Source of the DNA: Candidatus Bathyarchaeia archaeon
GTDB taxonomy: Archaea > Thermoproteota > Bathyarchaeia > Bathyarchaeales > Bathycorpusculaceae
DNA: 11,605 nt
Direction: 5' to 3'
NCBI GenBank assembly: GCA_038882955.1
Contig: JAVZNC010000012.1
Span: forward strand, 1 to 11,605
Shown here: in pieces, positions 1 through 6,185 of the stretch
Numbering within the stretch: the stretch's first letter is position 1
Layout of the letters: each line of letters starts with the position of its first letter
Made by a program: the position numbers and the translations under genes
Notes under the pieces: generated by a model
What the model saw: only the letters and a program-made list of their open reading frames with translations
Told to the model about the DNA's origin: nothing
Database searches by the model: none

Positions 1-2
1 AT

Positions 3-347
3 GCTGAATTAGTTTATGCAACCAGTTCGTTGACGGAGCTCATTAATTTGGACCAAGGGCATCAAGTCCAATTAGGAAAAATCCTTTACTTAATAGATAC
101 CATCAGGGATCCCAACATTGATTTGTCTCGGCTGAACTCTACGGAACAATCAAGAATGATGAACACAATCCATGATATTGGACAGAAAGTTGCACAAGCC
201 TACTGGAGTATACTCAACTATACAAGCGTAGACAGCATAAATGGACCACCCTTCTGGTATTTCGGCCCAGCACCACCAAACGAAACTATATTGGAAGAAG
301 CAGCACAACTAGCGCTTAACTTAACAGAGGAAATTAAGCAAATTTAA
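3..347 (+). CDS. Hypothetical protein, C-terminal part (gene starts upstream of the window)
   Basis: The frame is open from position 3 (AELVYATSSLTELINLD...) to TAA at 345-347, so the ORF-track start at 30 is probably not the real start. No recognisable motif. Confidence 0.6.
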   Translation, partial: AELVYATSSLTELINLDQGHQVQLGKILYLIDTIRDPNIDLSRLNSTEQSRMMNTIHDIGQKVAQAYWSILNYTSVDSINGPPFWYFGPAPPNETILEEAAQLALNLTEEIKQI

Positions 348-688
348 AAACGTGAACCATAATTACACTTCTGGTTCTGTTAGGAGACACTAACAGAAAA
401 AATTTGATATTAACACCCATCTAAACTAAACTTACAATTAGCTCTTAGACTTGCCAAAATTTACTGGATGTTTTATGAAATTGTATGGTATACGTTATTT
501 ATATATAGAAACTAGAGTATTCTTTCAAAAAACTTATATATTCTTCAGAGTTCTTTTATGTAATGAAGATCACCAGAATACGGCAAAAATAGAAAATTAA
601 TAGTGATACTGACTATAATAATAAACATTAAAATCTTTACGAACCCTTTAAGGAATTAAAGGATTTATGAATTTATTTATTGCAATAT

Positions 689-779
689 TCGGGGAGAGAT
701 CTCCGAGATCATCTGGTGGTCTTCACCAGATGATATCTGCGGTGCGGCCTGGGGAATGACCGTGAACCAGGTCCCGCAG
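689..779. ncRNA. Candidate structured RNA (three hairpins) next to the 3' end of the RNase H-fold gene
   Basis: GC-rich island in very AT-rich DNA. Stem 689-695/700-706 has a GAGA loop. A perfect 11-bp stem lies at 708-718/724-734. A third stem is 737-742/774-779 plus 746-752/767-773 with a 3-nt bulge. G-U pairs and the GNRA loop favour the plus strand, but the strand is not proven. Confidence 0.55.
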
Positions 780-796
780 TTTGATGGGTAAAAATG

Positions 797-1267
797 TTAG
801 AGCATGTATAATTCTTCAAAAGAAGGGTCTTTTTGGCATGGGCAATGAAACCTTTTGCGGCGCAAATTTCTTGCTTTTATATGGGCCTCTTTCACTTGCT
901 TATTATAATAGTCTGGTATAAAGAGCACAGTAGGATTAGCCATTCGTGGGTTTCGCGGATAAGCGTGTTGTAGAAGTTTTTTTAAATACTTCTCAATATA
1001 GGGTTCTGATCCCTGAAAATCTTTGTCGATTATAATGGTATCTCCATCGTAAAATATGGGTGTAACTGCTTTAAAGATTAGAATTGCACATACCTTCTCA
1101 AACCAGTTTTTTGTGTTTTTAGTGCATTTTTCTAATTCGTTATGTTTCTCAACTGAAATATATATGGCCTGAGATTTTTGTCCACTTTTCTTAGATCTTC
1201 TCGCAGCCATAACCCATATAGGAGGATTTTTGACGTGCCCGCTACTATCAACCCCTATAATGGTCAC
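797..1267 (-). CDS. RNase H-fold nuclease-like protein (DUF3800 / RNase HII-like)
   Basis: N-terminal beta-strand IIGVDSSG resembles the hhDESG / GVDEAG motifs. A second acidic strand is IIIDKD, and the C-terminal helix VKEAHIKA sits where the IQxAD motif would be. GTG start 23 bp after the stop of the upstream gene. Confidence 0.6.
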   Translation of the reverse strand: MTIIGVDSSGHVKNPPIWVMAARRSKKSGQKSQAIYISVEKHNELEKCTKNTKNWFEKVCAILIFKAVTPIFYDGDTIIIDKDFQGSEPYIEKYLKKLLQHAYPRNPRMANPTVLFIPDYYNKQVKEAHIKARNLRRKRFHCPCQKDPSFEELYML

Positions 1268-1290
1268 GTTTCATCGCCGGATCTAAAAGC

Positions 1291-1956
1291 CTAAGTTCTA
1301 AGACCCGTTTTAATTTTTTTAATTAATTCTTGATGCCTTCTGCTATATTCTGTTTTATATCCTTTTTTAAGATAAATAGAAATCGCAGTCATTTTCTTTT
1401 GAGGGTCCACACGGGAGGGTATACTGGAAAGGGCCATAAAACTAATTCCAACAGGTTCTTTAGCAACAGGACCTTTAGTCAACTGAAGCGCCAACCTGAC
1501 TGCATCATTAATTGCACTGGCAGCTGCTATTAATTTCAATTTTTCCATTCTTGATAGTTTAATCAAGCAAAGTGTTAGCAACTTTTCCATTCTAATACCG
1601 CGACTCACGGTAATTAATTGCCCATCCCTGTCTGTAGTTAAAATCATTCCTTCCTCTTCCTTCTTAATACGCTCTAAAACATCTAGTTTTTTCTCTCTGC
1701 CAACCCTAATAAAAATGGCCTCCATACTTCCAAGAATAGGAATTTCAAGGGTATCAGCATATAATTCATTAACGTGAGCGTTTGCGATGTCTGTAGCAAT
1801 ATTTACTGCAGAACAAGCAAGAAAAATAGCGTCACTTAATCCTATTACATCGAATTCCTCCGCTTCCATTAAATTTCGAACAACTTTTTCCGCCAAATTG
1901 CTGACTTTCAAAGAAAGATCTTGAGGTTTTATGATTAACAGTTTATTTTCACTCAT
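1291..1956 (-). CDS. Protein with two tandem Alba-like domains (nucleic-acid binding)
   Basis: Two ~90-aa repeats each match the Alba pattern (IKARGRAISKAVD...VSTIEIAIRK): VIGLSDAIFLACSAV...MEAIFIRVGR and LIAAASAINDAVRLA...MTAISIYLKK. A basic C-terminal helix follows. TTATAT and GTGGT lie upstream on the minus strand. Confidence 0.65.
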   Translation of the reverse strand: MSENKLLIIKPQDLSLKVSNLAEKVVRNLMEAEEFDVIGLSDAIFLACSAVNIATDIANAHVNELYADTLEIPILGSMEAIFIRVGREKKLDVLERIKKEEEGMILTTDRDGQLITVSRGIRMEKLLTLCLIKLSRMEKLKLIAAASAINDAVRLALQLTKGPVAKEPVGISFMALSSIPSRVDPQKKMTAISIYLKKGYKTEYSRRHQELIKKIKTGLRT

Positions 1957-2196
1957 ACTAATACCACTTAACGACTATCTTTCACTTTTACATATAATTA
2001 TTGCTGTTATCGTGATCGCTTTAGTAACCAGTGCATAATTTTGTTAGTAACGTCTAAACGAAAACTTTTCATTAGGAAATGTGTTGGTGGCCTCGAGTTT
2101 TCCATGTTGATGATGCGACGTACACTATGTTGAAGATGTTTAGAAAGTTGGCAAGTGTTTTTGTTTGTGCGAGTTTGCGGAGGGCTCTTCTATTGC

Positions 2197-2218
2197 AAAG
2201 TAACTCTAGAGTTACTTG
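2197..2218. repeat. 22-bp palindromic site P1 (AAAGTAACTCTAGAGTTACTTG)
   Basis: 2198-2217 is a perfect 20-bp palindrome, and the 22-mer is 19/22 identical to the site at 4885-4906. Confidence 0.85.
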
Positions 2219-2336
2219 CCCATCAACATCATTTGTCGCGGAATAAAATTTGGGAAAATTGTTTGGCTTAAGTTTTCGCTCACACTCGAGCCAAAGTAGC
2301 CTAAACGTTAGATCCAGCCACACAACCCCAAAAACC

Positions 2337-2459
2337 TCAACAATAAAGCCTCACGATTCGCTTAACTTGTTCCTTGGAATAGCCTTTCTCTAAGAGTAGC
2401 CTCTCCACCTCTTTGAAGACGCTTTTTCTTAGGGCCTTATCGTTAATGTAGGAAGTCAT
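2337..2459 (-). CDS. Small helical hypothetical protein, 40 aa (MTSYINDKALRKSVFKEVERLLLEKGYSKEQVKRIVRLYC); not in the ORF track
   Basis: Translated by hand. ATG at 2459 is preceded by GTGAT. The sequence has an amphipathic helix-G-Y-S-helix pattern, and the gene diverges from the RHH gene across an AT-rich promoter region. Confidence 0.55.
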   Translation of the reverse strand: MTSYINDKALRKSVFKEVERLLLEKGYSKEQVKRIVRLYC

Positions 2460-2495
2460 TCTGTATCACATTTATCTCTTTTATCGTTAAGATAA

Positions 2496-2539
2496 TTATT
2501 ATGACAAATCTTATAAACTTTACCTTTATTATAACAGAT
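2496..2539. promoter_or_regulatory. Divergent promoter region with a TATA box (TTATAAA 2511-2517) flanked by a direct repeat
   Basis: TTATTATGACAAAT (2496-2509) and TTATTATAACAGAT (2526-2539) match at 12/14 and are 30 bp apart; a candidate RHH operator. Confidence 0.4.
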
Positions 2540-2552
2540 ATCTGTGGTGATA

Positions 2553-2699
2553 ATGCCCACGATACACGTTTCAGAAGAAACTCATACTGAACTGAGAAAG
2601 GTTAAGGGTGAACTCTTAGCCAAGAATGGGCGCGACAGGTCTTTCGACGAAGTTATAGCTGAACTAATCGCTTGTTGGAAAAAGACAAAGGAAAAATGA
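2553..2699 (+). CDS. Ribbon-helix-helix / VapB-antitoxin-like DNA-binding protein, 48 aa; not in the ORF track
   Basis: MPTIHVSEETHTELRKVKGELLAKNGRDRSFDEVIAELIACWKKTKEK fits the typical archaeal RHH pattern (TIxVSxET...SFDEVIxxL). GTGGTGA ribosome-binding site at 2544-2550. Confidence 0.8.
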   Translation: MPTIHVSEETHTELRKVKGELLAKNGRDRSFDEVIAELIACWKKTKEK

Positions 2700-2827
2700 A
2701 GGGGTCGGCTAGCTTTTTAGTTAAATAAGGGCTAGTAGTTAACGCGCCCGTTTTTCTCGGCTGACTTTTACGCCAAGCTTCCTGCTTTCCTCAGCCTTTC
2801 TCCACGTGAGACAAGGGGACTTGCTTA

Positions 2828-2849
2828 AAAGTTATGCTAGCATGACTTT
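2828..2849. repeat. 22-bp palindromic site P2 (AAAGTTATGCTAGCATGACTTT)
   Basis: Palindrome with one T/G pair. 2831-2853 is a 21/23 inverted repeat of 4070-4092. Confidence 0.85.
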
Positions 2850-2947
2850 GAGGTTGTCACGTGTGAGTTTGTGAAAGTTATCCTATGGTATTTGAGGTGT
2901 TGCCTTTAGCAACAAGCCCTGAAATAAGAATTGGGCTTTGGCCGAGA

Positions 2948-3628
2948 CTATCTCATGGATTTCAGTATTTTCCTTTGTCGCCTCCACTCTATTCCTAAAA
3001 AGGCTGTTGTTGCTGATAACACGAGAGTGGCTGCAGCAAAAGCGTATATCAAGTTCTTAGAATCACTCAAGCTTGTTTCCAGAGAGCTTTTATCCGCTTC
3101 CAGTTGCTGCCAACTGTAGAAGTCGTAGAAAGAAAAGGGTAATCTGAAAGGTATGTTTGCAATAGTCCATTCTGAGGATTCGAGATGTCTGAATTTGAGG
3201 ATTCCGTAGACGCGGATGTAATTGGGTGGGTATTCTCTGACTTTGGGAAAAACTGTGAGTGTGGTGCTAACTTGATTAGGCGAATATAATGCGTGCTCTG
3301 ATGTTAGGTTGAAGCTGTAACTGTATTCAGAGTTTAGGGGCGCTGAAATGTCCATTATTTCAAACTTGGCAAATTCGATGTATAGGTTTGGCATGTACTG
3401 GTATGGTTCATAGTAGAGAGGAGAAATTGTGAATTTAAGAGTGACATAGGAAATGTTTGTTGTGTCATAGGAATATTCAATCCACACTATAAGATCATTG
3501 ACAAGAACGTGTTCGGTTATTTCAGTTACGGGTTCTGCTTCTACAACATTTATCAGCGCTAAGCCTATAACAAGAACGCAAACGAGTATAAAAATCTGAG
3601 ATTTTCCTCTAATAACATAACCTTTCAA
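2948..3628 (-). CDS. Secreted, membrane-anchored hypothetical protein
   Basis: N-terminal signal-like hydrophobic stretch ending VEA, a beta-rich Tyr/Ser/Thr-rich middle, a short coiled coil, then a C-terminal transmembrane helix (LIYAFAAATLVLSATTAFLGI) followed by the basic RRQRK. Confidence 0.75.
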   Translation of the reverse strand: MKGYVIRGKSQIFILVCVLVIGLALINVVEAEPVTEITEHVLVNDLIVWIEYSYDTTNISYVTLKFTISPLYYEPYQYMPNLYIEFAKFEIMDISAPLNSEYSYSFNLTSEHALYSPNQVSTTLTVFPKVREYPPNYIRVYGILKFRHLESSEWTIANIPFRLPFSFYDFYSWQQLEADKSSLETSLSDSKNLIYAFAAATLVLSATTAFLGIEWRRQRKILKSMR

Positions 3629-3717
3629 GCCTTAACGCCTCATATTCTATGTTAAATCATATGTTCAAGCATAACTTTAATTAATCTTTCCGTAAATACT
3701 TCATAAAGGAATAGCAT

Positions 3718-3942
3718 ATGAAATCTCACAGCGATAAAAGCGGAAAAAGCATAGACCAAAAAATTCTTGAATATCTGGCTAAGCAAGACTGGCCCGTCAC
3801 AACAGAAATGGTTGCAAAAGAGCTTAGGGTATCATGGAACACGGCCCAACTACACCTATACAAGCTAATGGCTGATGGCATGGTTAAGGGAAGAAGGGTT
3901 GGAAGGCAAAACCAGTGGATAATAAACAGAGAAAAACGCTAA
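3718..3942 (+). CDS. Small winged helix-turn-helix DNA-binding protein
   Basis: IDQKILEYL...TTEMVAKELRVSWNTAQLHLYKLMADGMVKGRRVG is a canonical wHTH. It is divergent from the membrane-protein gene. Confidence 0.85.
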   Translation: MKSHSDKSGKSIDQKILEYLAKQDWPVTTEMVAKELRVSWNTAQLHLYKLMADGMVKGRRVGRQNQWIINREKR

Positions 3943-4073
3943 GGCTGAAAGGCTTTCCTCCCCATTTTCAAATTCCAATTTTCTCAGAGCCTTATGTATA
4001 ACTTTTCGAAAGCTTTACAGACTTCCCATAGTGCTACACTTACAAAAGCCAAAAAGCTTTAAGCGTGTGCCTA

Positions 4074-4095
4074 AAAGTCATGCTAACATAACCAA
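4074..4095. repeat. 22-bp palindromic site P3 (AAAGTCATGCTAACATAACCAA), inverted copy of P2
   Basis: The reverse complement of 4070-4092 is GTTATGTTAGCATGACTTTTAGG, against GTTATGCTAGCATGACTTTGAGG at 2831-2853. Confidence 0.75.
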
Positions 4096-4368
4096 TTGAC
4101 AGAATAACTCGTAAGCACACAAAAGCTCTTGTCTGAGCCTTTTCTGCATACTCGTCATGAATGTTTGTTTAACGCGCCTAATATTCGTAAAATAATGTTC
4201 AAGCTCTGAAAGATTCTCAGCATCACATCATCCAATATAAAGGGGAACGCACTAAATTAAGAGCTTAAAATCGAGATAAGTTTTTAGAAGGTTTTTCAAC
4301 GTTAATTTTTGGTTTAGGAAAAGCTTAAAATTTGGCCAAAAAACCATTAATTCACCAGTGAAGATTAC

Positions 4369-4902
4369 TTGTTGAAACCTCATCAGATACAAAAGATACT
4401 GAAGCTAAGAGAGGAAGGGTTTACGTTTGAGGACATAGCTAAAAAAGTAGGTGTGTCACTAAGTAGCGTCAAAAAATACCTGAAACAGAACAGACAACAG
4501 CTCAAAGTCGAGTCCGCCTTTAACCCTTCTCAACCTTTAGAAAAGGTTGACAAGTCTTTAGAACAGGTAGTTATGGAAAACCGTGCCATGATTCGCAAAA
4601 TATTGGAATTGCTTTGCAGCGATGCTGGACTCCTCAACAATCCATTGGAAGCTCACATTTATGGAGAAAACGAAGAAGAATGCATTAACTTGCTGGCTGA
4701 AGCTCAACTTGAAATGTGGCGTCACATATTCAACATCAACGCTGAACTAGGCAAGAAACTAATTCTAAAACAAAAACCCTATGAACCTTACCTAGAGCCT
4801 ATCAACGAGAAAGAAAAAGAGTATCTTGTGAAATGGATTGGTTTCGCAAAAGAGCATTGCCCAGAATTGTTGGCAGAGTTTGTTAAAGTTACTCTAGAGT
4901 AA
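4369..4902 (+). CDS. Protein with an N-terminal helix-turn-helix (Hin/sigma-70 region 4-like) and an unknown helical C-terminal domain
   Basis: QIQKILKLREEGFTFEDIAKKVGVSLSSVKKYLK. TTG start with GTGA upstream and a BRE/TATA-like GAAAAGCTTAAAA at 4318-4330. Confidence 0.75.
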   Translation: MLKPHQIQKILKLREEGFTFEDIAKKVGVSLSSVKKYLKQNRQQLKVESAFNPSQPLEKVDKSLEQVVMENRAMIRKILELLCSDAGLLNNPLEAHIYGENEEECINLLAEAQLEMWRHIFNINAELGKKLILKQKPYEPYLEPINEKEKEYLVKWIGFAKEHCPELLAEFVKVTLE

Positions 4903-4906
4903 CTTT
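4885..4906. repeat. 22-bp perfect palindrome P4 (AAAGTTACTCTAGAGTAACTTT)
   Basis: Perfect palindrome that contains the stop codons of both convergent genes (ending at 4902 on plus and 4894 on minus). Confidence 0.85.
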
Positions 4907-5877
4907 TCTATTTTAGGCGTTTGCCTTGTGCAGGAAGTATTTTCCCTACTTCTGTGCAATTGATTCCATCGGCGCCACATATTATAGATGCCGAGGTCGA
5001 TTTGCTCTGTTACAAATTCATCGCTTTCTTCCCTTTTTTTTAAGTAAAGAGGTAACCACATGTTTATGATGTCATTGGCTATCTTACTCGGAATCGAAAT
5101 TTTTTCAAGTTCCTGTATGGCTTCTTCTGAGCTAATCCTCGTTTTTTCGATTATAAGCTCTATGACATACTCAATACCTTTAGCGATAAGCTCCAGCTCA
5201 TGTGGGATTCTCTTTAGCGCCTCCCACAGCCACCTTCTCCCTTCCTCTGTTTTCAGATATCTGTGTATCTTTTGAGGATCAATTGAAATAATAAACACAA
5301 GTTTTCCTTTAAATCCCTTCTCCATCAGGATCTGGTCGATTTCGTCTTCGGCTATCTCGACTTCACCATTAAGTTGACATGGGGCTATAGGCTTGTGATA
5401 TTGTCCAGCCATACGGAGATACGAGGAGAACATTACGCATTGGATGTATCTAGCTAAGACTGATTCAGCTATATCTTGAAAGATGTAGTAGAAGCCCCTC
5501 GGCCTTAGTTCAGTAGACAGTAAATACATCACAATTGCAGGTTCTTGCACATTCTGTTTGCTCCAAAAGGCGCAATCTCTAACGAGTTTATTTACCTCTT
5601 CTTCAATAGGGTTGGAAAAGAGCATTAGCCCCTTACTTTTATAGAGGCCCTTATGCACCCTTTCTATCTCACCTCTTTTTTCCAACAAATTTAAGTCGCT
5701 AGTTATGGTCTGCCGGGATCTTCTAATCCCAGCCTCTTGTAAATAATTACAGACCTCATGAGTCTTTAATTTCCCAAAGATGTTAAAAAGAAGTTCAATT
5801 AGTTTCCGTCTTCTCTCTGTAGGATTGCGACCATCAACCTCCACATATAGCTTTTCATTTACTATACGTACTCTCAT
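4894..5877 (-). CDS. Putative transcriptional regulator: N-terminal wHTH (DeoR-like) plus an unknown ~230-aa domain
   Basis: LKTHEVCNYLQEAGIRRSRQTITSDLNLLEKRGEIERVHKGLY is a wHTH. The gene is divergent from the RHH-Rep operon. Confidence 0.7.
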   Translation of the reverse strand: MRVRIVNEKLYVEVDGRNPTERRRKLIELLFNIFGKLKTHEVCNYLQEAGIRRSRQTITSDLNLLEKRGEIERVHKGLYKSKGLMLFSNPIEEEVNKLVRDCAFWSKQNVQEPAIVMYLLSTELRPRGFYYIFQDIAESVLARYIQCVMFSSYLRMAGQYHKPIAPCQLNGEVEIAEDEIDQILMEKGFKGKLVFIISIDPQKIHRYLKTEEGRRWLWEALKRIPHELELIAKGIEYVIELIIEKTRISSEEAIQELEKISIPSKIANDIINMWLPLYLKKREESDEFVTEQIDLGIYNMWRRWNQLHRSRENTSCTRQTPKIEKLL

Positions 5878-5929
5878 TTTACATTCCTTCAGTCTTTTAG
5901 TAGAATGTAAAGTTTTGACCCTTATATAA
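5878..5929. promoter_or_regulatory. Divergent promoter: palindromic TATA box TTATATAA (5922-5929) and a 9-bp inverted repeat TTTACATTC-N16-GAATGTAAA (5878-5911)
   Basis: Read directly from the sequence. The TATA box is 27 bp upstream of ATG 5957 (leaderless spacing) and 44 bp from ATG 5877 on the minus strand. Confidence 0.6.
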
Positions 5930-5956
5930 TGCGTGGTAATGCAGAAGGATGCAAAA

Positions 5957-6184
5957 ATGGCAAATCAGATTGTAGTCAGGCTTGATCCAAGAGATAAGGC
6001 GCTTGCACATAAAGTGGCAAAGTTTAGAGGCGAAGATCTTAGCGACCTAGTTAGAAGAGCGATTAAAATGGAGCTTGCAAGACTTTCCTTCCTCAGCGAC
6101 GAAGAAAAGAAAGCCTTGGGTATTCTGGATGCAAGACCAATGTCGGAAAGCGAGAACAATAGAGGCAACGAAGGAGGTCGATAA
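5957..6184 (+). CDS. Ribbon-helix-helix (CopG-like) regulator
   Basis: MANQIVVRLDPRDKALAHKVAKFRGEDLSDLVRRAI fits the RHH pattern. ATG 5957 is preferred over GTG 5933 because of TATA spacing. It lies directly upstream of the Rep-like gene. Confidence 0.8.
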   Translation: MANQIVVRLDPRDKALAHKVAKFRGEDLSDLVRRAIKMELARLSFLSDEEKKALGILDARPMSESENNRGNEGGR

Positions 6185-6185
6185 A

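Noticed and set aside
503-525. Possible fifth P-type site (CTAGAGTATTCTTT)
   Set aside because: Only an imperfect right half matches, in very AT-rich DNA.
1330-1533. 67-aa plus-strand ORF
   Set aside because: Antisense shadow of the Alba-like gene with no protein-like features.
2072-2323. 83-aa minus-strand ORF
   Set aside because: No motif and no clear ribosome-binding site, and it runs across palindrome P1 and another hairpin (2262-2295). More likely non-coding, though not excluded.
2931-3119. 62-aa plus-strand ORF
   Set aside because: Antisense to the membrane-protein gene.
4262-4340. AGCTTAAAAT direct repeat (4262, 4322) and TTTGGCCAAA palindrome
   Set aside because: Short and AT-rich; explainable as promoter sequence or chance.
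2197-4906. Palindromes P1-P4 as a CRISPR array
   Set aside because: Spacing is 0.6-1.2 kb with genes in between, and there are no cas genes.
5060-5275. 71-aa plus-strand hydrophobic ORF
   Set aside because: Ser/Ile-rich antisense shadow of the Glu/Lys-rich regulator gene.
6075-6185. ORF-track N-terminal extension of the Rep-like gene
   Set aside because: It overlaps the RHH gene, whereas ATG 6186 has a strong GGAGGT site and directly follows the RHH stop.
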